A stretch of 64,000 nucleotides of DNA from Glaucostegus cemiculus (GCA_976551045.1 CDPCPM010000367.1:4216001-4280000); one strand, 5' to 3'; numbered from the stretch's first letter, positions 12,301-26,123 are shown. The notes: generated by a model not told the origin, from the letters alone. A program made the numbers and translations.

Positions 12301-14959
12301 TTCTTTGATATTTGATGCGTTTATACAGAAATTAACTCCGTAGGGTAATTGCAATTAGCATTTTACACAAAATGGGATAGCCATTTATATTTTCTTTTAC
12401 TATTGTGCACTTATACCAAACTACTTCCAAAAGGTTGTCACTGAATTCATCAGTATAACTGGATCTTTCTCATTACGCAGAAAAGCCTGCGATATTACTG
12501 GTAATGTTGCAACAGCAATCATCAGTTTGCCAGTTTACCAGCTTATCGGATAAACGTCAATGATATCCTGGTGACGCGAACTATTTGAACTTCTAGGTAG
12601 CAATGGACAATTTAATGAATTTAAGCGGCCTGCAGCTACCTACGCTGGTGCATTGACTCTCATGCTGAGATGTTTTTGACATATTTGGAAACTTTTAAAA
12701 TGTCATTGTTGAACATAATTAATGTACTAAGAAAATGATACTGATTTATTTTCAATAACAAAAAAAGTGTCTAACTGTTATATTTACACGTGACAATCCA
12801 AAAGTGATGTTTACAGCACGTTAATCTCGGCCATAAACTGACACAAACTCTCTCAATGTCGGTTTCATGATTTATGGGTTTAACTTTGCTTCATATTATC
12901 TAGATCTAACTAGCAACCTCTCAGGTGTTTGATTTACATCTGATAACTGATAAACAAATTGATTACAATTCACTTATTATAATAGAAAAAATAATTAAAT
13001 GACGTTTTGCATATTGGTTTAGCCAAAAAAATAGGTCGGTTATTGTCAATTTCACATACGTTGTTCCGCATTAATTAAAATCACCAAAACTAAATATATG
13101 ACATAAAACAGCTGTAGATCCCAATAGGTATTTTAACCCCATTTGTCTCAACATTCTCCACTTCAAAACAATTTGCTTCGCTAAGGTACCTAAATATAAT
13201 TTAACCCTCTTAACTTCTGTGTACAATTTAAAATTTCAAATTATGACTACATTTTATTTTGCAAACAACTTCTTCGGTATTGCACGTCGAAGGCGGAAAG
13301 AAAAAATATATATGTTCACTTGGGAAACACTGAATATGCCGTTTTGATATGAAATGAAATTAACCACGACTAATATTTGGGTAAAACTGTAAAATAGCTA
13401 TTTTAAAAAAATTCAGATATATGCATTCCTATCCTGGTCTTAATATGAACTTATAAGTACAAACCAAAGTTTCTGTTCCTGAAAATGTTTTATCCATGGT
13501 CAAAGCGTGCATGAAATGAACCCCGAACTCTTATACTAATTGCAGAAAGACGTATTGTTCCTGTACTATCACTGTACTTTTGTCACGCATCTTATTATAC
13601 CTTGATGATGTATACCTGTTCTAGCAATAATGTATATGTAAAGTTTCCATCTAACTTATAGACAACTTAATAATTCCTAAACTGAAACGTATCACTGCAT
13701 CTTGATGTATTGATATGTCAAAAAAAGAGGCCAATATATCAGGAAGTTAACAATACTGACTGACCACCTGTTTAGTTAGAGACTATCTCTATGAAATCCA
13801 TTTCCTCAATAATCATGTAGGTATGGTCTTTAACTGGTAGTAGATTTTTTCGTATTCCACTCAATGAATTAGGTAATCTTTAATAACTGTAAATTAATTC
13901 TGGATGACTGTGAAGTCCATGGAAAGAACCCATACTCATCGATATGCTTGATTCATAGTCAAAGGGAATTAAATGAAATCTGAACTATATTACTAATTGC
14001 AAAATGACACATTATTCCCCCATTATCTTTGTACTTGTTCAGTTTCAGATAATACCTTGATTTCATTAGATCTGTTAGTAAATAGTAAGCCAATAACCAT
14101 ATTGCAGATAGTTTAACAACATTTAAAACTGAAACTTGTTGCTCAATCTTGATGTAATTATTGATATTCAAAAACAGGATGAGTATGCTCAGAAGACAGC
14201 AATACTGACTAACTATTTATTTCTTTTAGTTAGGATTGTTCACAATGAGATATTTTTGATTGAAGAAAGAACATAAAAAATTGGCTAAGTGGTTCTATAT
14301 TACTTGGCATTCCAGACAATACACTTGGTATGCTTTGATAAATGAAAATAAGAGTGAGTGAGTGAGTGTGTGAGTGAGTGGGGAGCAGGGAGATCAGTAG
14401 AAACAATTTGAACAAAAAAAAGAACCATTTGAATAGGTACATTATTTATGTTTGGCAAATACAAATTCATCGTTCATTCAATCCGGGGCAATATTTTATC
14501 ATCCCCTAAAGCTATTCACCCCTCAATGTACTCTTTCTTTATCACCACACAACCAGTTTATTGTTAGCACTTTGCTGACAAAAAAAAACTGTCCAAAAAT
14601 TGTGGTCTAATAAAGATATGTGATAATAATTCAAAACTGCAATCTCTGTATCATCACTCCGTATGCTGTCCGTGAATACTTTAACAAATGTTGTTCATAG
14701 AAGGAAATAATACTGGGAAGGTATGTGTGGGGTTCTGGAGATGTTTGCTGAGACAAATGGTTGTCATCCTTTTCATTGTGGGGTTCTTGAACTGGAATTC
14801 GAGTCTCAGAGATGGTACGTCTACAAGTAACAATATGAAAATGTGCCCTAATTCTTATGGGTGGATGTCCATATCACACAAGTGCACATAATTTACATGA
14901 TAATGAATTTGACACATGAAACTGAATCGTGTGAGAGTGAAATTAATAGAAGCAAATCA

Positions 14960-15445
14960 ACGTTAAACCAATCGTTATCATTGATCTGATTGGTCCAAAG
15001 TTATATGGGGAATGAAATAAGACTTGAACTCTTGTACTGCTTGCAATAAAGATGCATTGTTAGTAACTAAAGACGTCCGGTGTAAGAAACAAGAGGAGAT
15101 CACAAAGGCGCAGAAAAGGCTGCTCTTCTCAATTAAGTTCGAGGTACATTGTAGAAGGAGCTTTCCTCTGCGAAATAGTGCTGCTATAGTGCTGCTCTGA
15201 CTGAGCGATTGATCAAAACAAGAATGACAAAAGTAAGTAAAATATCCATTCTGGGCATTTCTCATTCCAAATCAAAATAAAAACCTGCCGAAAGATAGTT
15301 TTTTTTTTGTCGGAGGCGGGGCGGTGGGGGTGGGGTGGACTTTCATTCAACATATCACTAAAGATGTTATTAGCAGATTCGCCACTTATATTATTCTAAC
15401 CTGTGTTCTGATTCAAAATGTAAATTCTCCCCGCCCCCACCCCAA
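14960..15445. promoter_or_regulatory. Promoter-like cluster of unknown gene
   Basis: CCAAT (14968) and ATTGG (14989) boxes, GC boxes (ggaggcggggcgg at ~15312, ccccgcccccacccc at ~15429), and a + strand donor AAA|GTAAGT at 15233. Confidence 0.35.
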
Positions 15446-16816
15446 GACAAGGTAGCCTGCCACTTGAAAACAGTCACCTTGCTAAACCATTAATCTAAAT
15501 GCTCCAACTTTCTAATGTTGCATTGTCTTGCGTTTCTTGTATTTGATTCTTATATGATTTTAAAAACTAAATTACAAACGATACATTTAAACGCCATTCA
15601 TTGTTTACTGTACTGATTCGCTGTCCCTATAACTCTACGCATTATGATGTCAATATTATACTCTTTGTATCGTAATGGATACAAATATTGCGAATGGTCA
15701 ATTTGAAAGTGAATCCGATGCTGTAAATCACTCAAACTGGTATTGTTAATGGCAAGTAAATCGGAATCAATAACTTAGGAAGATGAGCAAGCACACTAAT
15801 AACTTTGAATATTTCTTTTGAAATCAAAAACGACGAAAAAGACAGGGTTAAGTGAAGCAAATAACAATTATTTTATAATAGATGAAGGAAATGTACAGTC
15901 TACCACTTGCATATGAACCGTATCAAAGGAGAAGGAGGTTGGTTAACTGGCTCTATTTCTAAATGTTCCCAGTTCTAGTGAAAAGTCATCGACCTGAAAC
16001 ATGAACTCATATTTTCTCCACAGATACGGCCCGATCTTCTGATTATTTCCAGTTTTTTTTAATAATAGGATCAGAAAACATAAATTATCCATTGTATCTA
16101 TAAAGTAGCATTATCTATATTAATATCAAAGTATTGACTTTATTACGTTTTTACCACCGTTCAAATTTCCCTTTCTCTTTCTAACATACTGTAGGTTGAC
16201 AAGTTCGTTTATTTCTGAACATCTGGAGACTTTCAAAAAGGGAACTTTTATCAAATGGAATTGCCCAGCTTAAGTACACCGTAAATAACGGTATTTGTCG
16301 CAGCTCATTGGTAATCTGCATGCTGTATTGAACAAACTCTTATCATAATTCAAATAAAGTGTATTTTTGGCCCCAAGGCACAATGCTTCTATCTCCATAA
16401 TTTAACTACGTATGGCATGTAAGAATACCTTTAATCACAGGTGTTGCAAGAGTAATTTACTAGCTCTTTAATTTAAGGGGCTTATATGTCATTCTGGCCA
16501 TTTGGCCACACGCTGTGACAGAATATGGTTTCAAGAGCTATCCTTTATATTTACTGTCATTTCCCAGCTGGTAAATCCCAGCAGCTTAATATCAGTGCTT
16601 GATTTAGTTAAATAGCAATGCAAAGCCAGGGCTTTTTTTTTATATAGTTTGACCCAAACAATGAAGTCGGCATCATTACAAGGAAGGATAGAACAAGGGG
16701 TCACATACAGAATATCAGGATAAGAGTAATATCCAATCTCCAACACACCTACTAAGCTAATCATGGTCCCACTAGCATCAAATCAAATAGTTATATACTG
16801 TTGTATGTATATATAA

Positions 16817-16826
<10 letters not shown>

Positions 16827-16850
<24 letters not shown>
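16827..16850. repeat. (TG)n microsatellite
   Basis: Seen directly, preceded by a (TA)n run. Confidence 0.95.
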
Positions 16851-18097
16851 AGGTATCATTGAATAAATATAACCATTCATTTATAAAAGACTATAGACCT
16901 ATTTATCGTATATGTAACTACTTTACTACCGCTTTGCAGAAAATGGTTTTGTTGATATTGAATATTTCCCGGAAGCTCTGCATAAATGATTTTCGCATTT
17001 CGCACATAGGTTCGGGAAAATTTTTCTGGTTTGTTATTTTCCAAACTGTTATTTTCAAGAAACTATTTTATTGTCTTACGTTTAAAAGTCTGACTGTGTT
17101 GCAGCCAACCTTCATCAGGGATGTGCAAAAATGCTCCACGCTGGATATCTTTGCAAAATAGAGACGCAATGACATTCACTCCAACAAATTAATTTTATAC
17201 CAAATTGTAATGATGCTTATAACATTAAAAGTTGAAATTCAGGCAGACGATAATGAATGACACGTAATTAGCTTTTCCCCAACAGTAGATAAAATGGCAG
17301 TACATTTGGCCGGTCGCCAACAAGTAAATGTAAATGAGGAAACGCCAACATATAAACTCTGACTTCCCTAAAGTAGCGATTCAATCCTGGTAGCTTCCAC
17401 TCACGCGTGATTCACTGTTGCAATTGCAAATATGTGTTCACAGTAACGAACTGGTTATTCAAACATAGAAATTAAAATACACGGACCTTCAAATCTCTGG
17501 TGTTAGACAAATGTAAAATGTATAAACTCCGTAGCTATTCCAAAATAATGATTTTATCGCTTAATATTGAACTACCACTTTAATCATAAGTTATCTCCCT
17601 TAAAAACGGAATGTCGAAGTCAGCATTTGTTTGGCACACGATTCACTGGGTGTTTGTGTATAAAGGATGGTGTTCTAATTCCTTGTCAAGCTGTCAAAAG
17701 TGTCACAATACAGCTTCCTCTGGTTGTGTTCTATTTTAATTTCGGGGTCAAGTCAGGATAGCGTTATCAGTTACTCTTTAACTACCAGTCTTTGCGATCT
17801 AAGTGCAACCAAAGTATACTCCGGAGAAAGTAGCGATGATATTTTTTTTTGAAAAAAGGCTTTGTTTAGTAGCGTTGGTAATAGCTGGAGTTCCAGTATT
17901 ATTTCTATGTGCATAATAAATAGTATGCATTCAAATGAAGATAAAGCGTAGAATTATCGCTCTTCACTGCAGTGGCAACAATTCTTCCAGCATGGTATTT
18001 TTGACAAGAAAACAAAAGCGCGTGAGATGTGCTGTGATGAACTAATCGCCCAATTTATACAGGGAAATTATTATGCTGTATTTTGGAAGCCACTTAC

Positions 18098-18260
18098 CAA
18101 AGTGTCCAGCTTCTCACAATGTCGCCGAATTCAGCGGCATGGCTGATGAGTACCAGTATCTTCACAGCACGCAGCTACTAGATGCTCTACAGTAGTAAGC
18201 ACCAAGTCAGCTCCGTAGCTGGGGGAGCCAATGTGAGATTCCTGTTTCTTCGGAAATGTG
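18098..18260 (-). other. Putative non-coding first exon of an unidentified - strand transcript
   Basis: Consensus donor TTG|GTAAGT at 18097, CpG-rich context and a CCAAT at ~18228. It carries only an 8-codon uORF (MPLNSATL*). Confidence 0.3.
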
Positions 18261-19849
18261 TTTACTGCAATATATTTAGTCTAATTTCCAGCAATGTTAT
18301 TTTCAAGAAAATAAATTACTAGTTGACTCGTGGTCAGCTGAAGTATTCGCTTTATGTTGCGTTCGGGTGACGGGGGGGGGGGGGGGTCCGTGGGAGAGCG
18401 TTTCAACTGTAAACATCTCAGCTCACCGTTGTGCTTTTGTGATGTGGGTTGGCAAATTATTTTGCAGTAAACTTCTTAAGTCCGGAATCCGCTGAAGACT
18501 TAGATCGTGGCCTGATTTGATTACTACATTAGTCGGCTCAGAAATGCAACAATGAGCGTCCTTTGCCGGCAATTTTATGGTTGCTCCTTCACACGGCATT
18601 TCACGACTTAGTAATTTTTATCATCTCACTAGAAACAAATAGAAACAAGAAGGTGCACCAAGTCTTGTTCGGACCTTTCAATAACTTCAGGAAAATATCT
18701 TATTACATAAATATATTCCCCAACATCTGAATATGTCAGTAAAACATAATTGTGCAAATAGGGTAAATAGATTTGGGGGAGATGTTTGCTTCCAAATTGT
18801 CACGGTTGGCAATTATCAATTGGCTAAGTGATTTTCAATGTATAGATGGCCATTCGTTCAAACTGATTGTTTTGAAGTCAGGTATTAGTCTTTCCATGGG
18901 ATTGGGATACCCATCCTTTAAATAATATTAGGTTGATAAAGAGAAAATCCTCACGAGTAGTTCCAGATCAGCGGGGAAAATAGATAATTCATTGGACGAC
19001 TTCTAATAGCACGGTTTATTATCGAGCTAATGCTGATAATGTACGATTTGGGGGGAGTGCTACTCCTAATGTTAACGTGCTGCCAGAGTATGTTAAAGGC
19101 AATGCGCGCGGCGAATGTGGAGTTGTGTTTAATATTTCCTAATTTACCCCTTGACCGGGTTAACAAACAAAAATTCCCCATTTGCGATATATAGATTTGG
19201 GGGTCGTCGGAATTTGAAAATGTTCTAAGCAGACATAAAGCATCTCTCCAGAAAATTATAATGAGTGGGCTTCAATCTGGGTTGCTAAATGAAAGTAATG
19301 AAAAATGTTTCCTCTGTTCCAACCTAACGCCTAATAAACAACGTTTTGGAAAATACGCTTCAGAAGCAATAAATAAAATTAACGGTGTTCTCGATCCGGA
19401 AAGGATATGCACTGCCGCTCGCCCCTCCACACCATTGCGATAGGACCGCATGTTAAAATCGGACAAAGGCAATGGTTTCACGTATTTCATGTTAAGCAAT
19501 AATCGCTAATGAACACCAGAAATGTGGAAATTGTTGCTCTTTATATAATTCGCACCTACTAGATACTAACCATGGATAGAGAAAACCAAGAACAAAAAAC
19601 AAAAAAGTGCTTGGTCTCAAATGGTCTCGTAAATAGATGGTGACAAATATTGCTCAGTACTAAAGAGCTACGATAGCCCAGGCAGTTTGCAGAAGGCAGG
19701 ATCAGTTTTTCTCCAATCAGGTTTTAGCCTTGCCAGAGAGCCAGAAGAGCCCGTCGCCAAGCCACAATGACATTCTCTGTGACGGTGACCTCTTTTCTAT
19801 TATCCATCAATGTGGGAATGTCCTTTCATTCTACTGTGTGCTGAGGTAA

Positions 19850-20330
19850 CTTCAGCAACTCATGCTCTCAGGCCACTTCTATAGTATCCGTCAGATCTAT
19901 CGTTGGCCTCCTCTTCTGAAGCTACATATTGCACCTTGGTGACTATCCACAGACATTAGGACGGCCTCTCAGCGACATTCAAACTTTGCCTCTTCGCCAT
20001 CATTCTCTATTGCTCCGCTGCCTTTATATTGTCAGACAACTCATTTGATATTCGGTCACGGATTAGCCGAGATTTCTTCCAGTTAAACACTGCAAAGACA
20101 AGAGCCAGCATCTGGCCCCACAACAAGCACTGTACTCACGCCACCTATTTAAAATTAACCCCCCTTCACACCCGCTCAGTCTGATTATTGCCGCAGGTAG
20201 AAGCTATCTGCTTGCAGTCTCACATCTTATTTTACCCCGAGCTGCTGATCGACAAAGATCTCCGATCACTACTTTTGTAACATTATCCACCTTCACCCCG
20301 GTAGTGGTGTAGCTGTCACTGAACCCCGTG
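19850..20330 (+). mobile_element. L2 LINE RT-region remnant
   Basis: Decayed L2 RT sequence ('gattagccgagatttcttccagttaaacactgcaaagacaagagcca', approximately W(M)SRNFLQLN..KTEA). Confidence 0.6.
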
Positions 20331-20633
20331 CCAGTCATGTAAAATTCCAGACTCCTACCCTTTATCCTTTAAAACAAATCAATTAATCAGCCACCAGTAC
20401 CTGTCTTAAATTCTGCACCAGGCCCTGTTCTCTTGTCATCCTAACTTCACCAACCAACATTGTGCCCTAGTGCCCAGTGACTTACTTCAAAGTTATCTAT
20501 TTAATACTTAATTGAGGATAAAAGGCTTCTTCTCTACCAAATTTATAACCTGATTCTGGATTCTTTGCCACACAATAGACTGCTGGAGCCTCCAGATTCT
20601 CACTATCCTGAATTCCCCCTCTTTCTTTCTTGG

Positions 20634-21143
20634 AGTCATAGAGTCATAGTCATACAGCATGGAAACTAGCCCTTCAGCCCAACTGGTCCATGCCAACCAA
20701 GATCCCCATCTAAACTAGTCCCATTTGTCTGTGCTTGGCCCATATCCATCTAAACCTTTCCTATCCATGTTCTGTCCAAGTACCTTTTAGATGTTGTTAA
20801 TGTACTTGCCTCAACCACATGCTCTGACAGCTTATTCCATGTACTGGCCACTCTCTGTGTGAAAAAGCTGCCCCTCAGGTTCCTATTAAATCTCTCCCCT
20901 CTCACCTTAAACCTATGCCCTCTAGTTCTTGATTCCCCAACCCTGGGAAAAAGACTGTGCACGTTCATCCTATCTATGTCCCTCATGATTTATACATCTC
21001 ATTAAGACCCCCCTCATTCTCCTACGCACCAATGAAAAAGAGTTCTAACCTACTTAACCTCTCTCCATAACTGCCCCTCGAGTCCTGGCAACATCCTTGT
21101 AAATCTCTGCACTCTTTCCAGCTTAATGGCATCTTTCGTGTAG
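20634..21143 (-). mobile_element. Relatively young CR1 LINE 3' end
   Basis: ORF 20750-20986(-) 'LFPRVGESRTRGHRFKVRGERFNRNLRGSFFTQRV..WNKL' is the CR1 ORF2 C-terminus. (gagtcata)n tail at 20634. Confidence 0.9.
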
Positions 21144-22585
21144 CATTTTATTCAGATATTGTCCATAAAAACTTGCCCCTTTAGTCTCTTTCCCAGCATC
21201 CTTTATTAATTCAACATTAATTTTTGATTCAATATCACTGTGAACAGTATTTGAGTAGTTTTCTATTGCTAAATGTAAAGTATAAATGCAACCAGCTCTT
21301 AGGTTTTTATTTTATTCCTCACTGACTTTTTTTCTCTCAACCATACAATATTTCTAGGCCTGATCTGATGATGAATTGAAACTATGGTCAAATGATGCTG
21401 GACTGAGCCCCAGAGCACAGCGTAACTGAAGTTATATCAGAATGTGTTATTTCTCTCTTCCAAACTATCAGGAAAGAGCACCATGCAATAAACCAATTGG
21501 TTCCTTGTAGAATATTCAATGATTACAAAATAAAACAAGAACTTTAGGAAATATTATGTGGCTACTTTATCTCCTTATGCATCCATTTATAATCTCATTG
21601 CACAATAAATTTTAAAAGAGTATATGAAACACAAATATTTGAAATCAGATTCACCATATTGCACTCTATGGGATATTTAATAATTTAAAATGAAATATCC
21701 TAAAAATAATTGCTAGAGTTTCTTAAAGATGCAATGGCCTGCTAGAAGTCATTTCTGAATCCCAAGGGCATCTTAGCATGGATGCCTAGGTAACTGCAGG
21801 CAGTAATTGTTTTATGGCAACCTCCAGCTATCATCAATTCCTGCGGAAACCTGAGAGGGTCAAAGAGAAAAGAAGTGTTGTGTTCAATGTGCCTTTCAGA
21901 CTGAGCTTTCTTAAATTTTCAATTAAAGTGTTGATTGGCTTCTTTAAGACTTACAATGAATTGTATGCATTTTCATTTCCAGTAAATTGTAATGTGGAAT
22001 TTTATTAGTTTTAATCATCCTGTTTCAAATTAAGAATGAACTGCTTAACAGAAACAATTCTAATGTTTGGAAGATAGTTTTCCATGCAGATAAATACTTT
22101 ATATCAATGGCTTACCAAATTCTCTATCATTGTGTATTTCTGTACATCTTCAGTAGATTTAAGACCCATAAATATATTTCATGAATGACTTTCTCGTGAT
22201 CAAGCATTGAAACAGTCCTGAATAACACTTTTCAAGGAAATTACAAATTTACCTCCACTGATAGAAAGCATCCACTTGATTTTGACAAATATCTAACCTT
22301 TCCTTGGAACAATGTGCTGAAAAACCAGCATCTTATATTGCGAAACATACTCTAACACCACAGGACTCTTGACTTCTCAGTGCGCTATTAATATTGCTTC
22401 TCTTTGGGATGACTAGCTATAAGTTTTGTTTGTGGATGGTAACACTATTTTGTCATATGTAATGACCTTAAGTCCAATTTGTTTCTTTTTATTGTGGGAA
22501 CCAAGTTAGCTGCTGAACATTGTAAAAAAAAATCAACAGTAGATTGAACTTAGGGGCTTCTTACAAAGTAGGAACAAGCTGGATG

Positions 22586-23918
22586 ATGTGCATTAGATGA
22601 TGTGCATTAGACCACTTACAGAAATAAGAAATTGGAAGTAGAATAGTGGCCAATATGTTCTTTCAAAACTGATGCTAAGTATCATGTTGTTGATGTTATC
22701 ATATGTGAGGAGCCAATACTAAAACCTAAAGCTATTAACAATAATACTTAGGCAACTACAGGCAATAATTGCTTTATTGTACCCTCTAGCAAGAATCAGT
22801 TACTGTGCTGTTCCTAAACTAAGGAACTGGTGCTACAGAACATCAATGCAAATTTCAATACCAAATTCATGGCATGCCTTAACCATAACACTTATGCACA
22901 CACCAGAGCTGCCAGAGGTGCCTGTCTCCCTACCATCTGATGTATTGACCAGTGCATGAAAATCAAAATAAAACTGCAGTTGCTGGAAACCTGAAATGAA
23001 AACAGAAAATGCTGGAAATACTCAGCAGTTCAGTCAGCACCAGTGGAAAGAGAAGTAGATTTAATGTTTCAGTAGAAGACCCTTTGACAGTAATAATAGA
23101 GGGATTTCAATCTAAAATGTTAAATCTGCTTTTCTTTCTGCTGATGTTGACTTACTGCTGAGCATTCATGGCATCTTTTATTTTTATTATCTATCAGTGC
23201 ACAGTCAAACTGAATAGAACTTAAGTAAAATTAACATAAATATTGAATGCTCTGATTTCATCACAACTATAGGTGCTTTGGAGCATATATGCATGCTATG
23301 CAATCTTTTATGTGTGAGACCACATTAAGTATTCCAGAATGTGCACCTTTCTACATTCAGGTTCCCTGACCTGCATTGGCTCTCAGCAAAGCAAGTTTCA
23401 ATTTTAAAATTCTTATCCTTGACCCCTAAGGCCTCTTCCTGTCTTATCTCTGAAAACTCCACTGTAACCTCCAAGATACTTTCCCTCCTTCAATTTTGAC
23501 TATTTGGCAATTGCCAGTTTTATTTGTTCATTTATTTTAATTTATTTACTCCCGACACCTTCAAATGTCCAGATTGTAAACTTTAGAGTTTTCTCAGTAT
23601 ATCCCGTAATACTCCATCTCTCTTCCCTCTTTTAAAATGCTCCTTTAAGTTTAGCTCTCTCACCAAGCACAGTCACATTTTCTAGTATTTCCTTCTGTGG
23701 TTCACTGTCAAATTATAACCAATAACTTTAGTATGAAGCACCTTGGGCCATAGTACTACATTAAAAATGCTACACAAATTATCCAGCAGCTATGGTTTTG
23801 GATGGCTATAACCATGCATTGATACTTAGCATCAGTTTTGAAAGAACATATTGGCCACTATTCTACTTCCAATTTCTTATTTCTGTACCTGGTCTAATGC
23901 ACATCATCTAATGCACAT
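22586..23918. repeat. Long inverted repeat pair, arms 22586-22684 and 23820-23918
   Basis: Hand alignment gives 99-bp arms that are reverse complements with 2 mismatches. Confidence 0.95.
23340..23780 (+). mobile_element. L2 LINE 3' end remnant
   Basis: 'ctgacctgcattggctc...ttttaaaattcttatcctt' (LHWL...FKIL) and tail 'tgaagcaccttggg...tactacattaaaaatgcta'. Confidence 0.7.
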
Positions 23919-25369
23919 TGTTTAATGTAACTTATAACAGCACCAACAAGTTCTCATGTACTTGCAATAACGAATAACAATCCAATGTGTTAGATTATGT
24001 TTATTTAACTCTGGGACTTCATCCAAATCTAGTGAAAACAAAAGAATAATATCCCACTGGTCAACACAAATACTAATGCCCAGGGGTCTAAAGTGGAAGA
24101 TCACCCATTTAACCTAACACTCAGCTCCTCAAGCCTGACTGATCTGCTCCAGGTCTCAATTCCTCTTCTGTGCCAGTTCCACATAGCCCTCAGGACCCCT
24201 TTACCTCCAGTAATCCAGCCTCCATAACCCACTTGGGCACAGAATTCCAGATAGTCATCACCCTTTGTGAGAAGAAATTCCAGTACATCTCAGTTTTATA
24301 AGATTGCCCTTCTAACTATGTCCCCTTGTTCAAGACTAAGGTATTTTTCCAGAGGTTGAAACAATATTGGGGTTTGTGCAAGTTTTATCCAGCATCTAGG
24401 CTGTGCTGTGTTATCATGTGATGCTGCCACAAGGTTCCAAAGTTTGAAATAAAATTGCAATTTTTGACCATACAAATCTGAAGAAAAAAATGTGTGACTT
24501 TAAAAGGACGAAGCTTTGGCTATTCTGTTTCCTTCTCTTTACTGAGAAAAACTAGAATGCACACCAGATTGTTGACATGTGCAGATTTTGGCAGTGTATA
24601 CATAGATGGATACATAGTTTTATGAAAGGATAAAGTTCTGTCTATTAATATGATTAAAACTAATTTTGTAAAATCCACTGCAGCTGAGATAGCAGACAGA
24701 TAACCTGTTTCTAGGCAGTGCCAATGTTTCCCTGTAAATAGCTGCCAAAAGTTATCTGAGAATGCTGAAGGTTAGTTTGGTCTCCAATTTTATATGTCCC
24801 TTAGGAGAAATGTGCTTTCCACCAGTTGGCACCTCACCAAACTAGCCAGCTGAGATTACAAACTCAATACGGAGAAGTGAAGTGGATGTTTTAAGGTGGT
24901 CATTCAGTGATTTCCAAAAGAGCCGATACTCTATTATTACCTGTGTTACATGTTTACAACCCCAGTAGAAAACAATTACATCTATTATTAAAAAGTCTTC
25001 TCAACACACTTTCTCCTGTGAATTCTAAGTTATGAATTTTAAGTGATTGGAAATGTTTCATGCTCTTAACCTGAAACTGGAATTAACAGATGTGAACAAA
25101 CAGGTTTCGTAAGTTGTATTGCTAAAAGTAAATATGAGTATTGATTTGAGCACCCAAGCAAACCAAAATAAAAAGTTTTAAAATACAGAGCAAACATTTC
25201 CTCTAAAACCCAATCTACATCTCAAATTTTAATGGGCACATTACTAAGAAGGTATTAACAATACTTTTATATCAATAGATTCACATACAGGGAAATGCAA
25301 CTTTCTGTAGCTTCTCAACAGGTTCAACATAACTTCATCTCACAATACATATTGCTAACTACTCTTTTT

Positions 25370-25910
25370 ATTGAATCATGGAGTAATGGAACACAGAAGG
25401 GAGCCATTTGGCTCGTCAAGTCTGTGCACCTTTTGCAAAGAACAATCCAATTAGTCCTACTCTTCCATTCTTTAACACATGCCCGCAATATTTTCACCTT
25501 CAATGTGTCTCCACTCCCCCCCCCCTCAAATGCTACCATTGAAAACCTATATCCAAAACTTCATTAATGTATTCAAATTTTAACCATTCATGCTGAAAGA
25601 ATGCTGATCTTCATATTGCCTCTGGTCTTTTTCCCAATCCCTTCAATTTGTCTCCTCTTGTATCAGCTCTTAGGTCACTGGAAATGGTTTATTTTTACTT
25701 TGTCTATTTAAAACCATCATGGTTTTAAATAGACAAAACCATCATGGTTTTAAAACCATGATGGTTTTAAATACCTCCATCACATCTGGCCATCCCTACT
25801 CCAAGAATAACCCCACTTGTCCATTCCATTTATGTAATTTTAACCTCTCATCCCTAGAATCATTTGACTAACTCCCTTCTGTACACCCTCCAGAACCTTC
25901 ACATCCTACT
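25370..25910 (-). mobile_element. Old CR1 3' remnant containing nested palindromes
   Basis: Degenerate similarity to the element at 20634-21143. Confidence 0.5.
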
Positions 25911-26123
25911 TTAGTTAGCAGAAGATTTTATTCACAACTCTCACATGGATATATAACTTGTATTAAAGTACATTAGTGCAGCACTCTTGGAAGCAGAAAT
26001 AAAAGATTCACGATTATTTTATATGTGTTAATAGCAACCAAGCCCTCTAAGGTCTAATAAAAGAACAGAAATGCACTTAACAACCTCGCAACATGTCTAA
26101 ATTTAGCAACCGTTTGCACTTAC

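Noticed and set aside
1-26000. PMS1 3' exons expected from human synteny
   Set aside because: I found no recognisable PMS1 coding sequence by eye; tBLASTn would be needed to exclude small exons.
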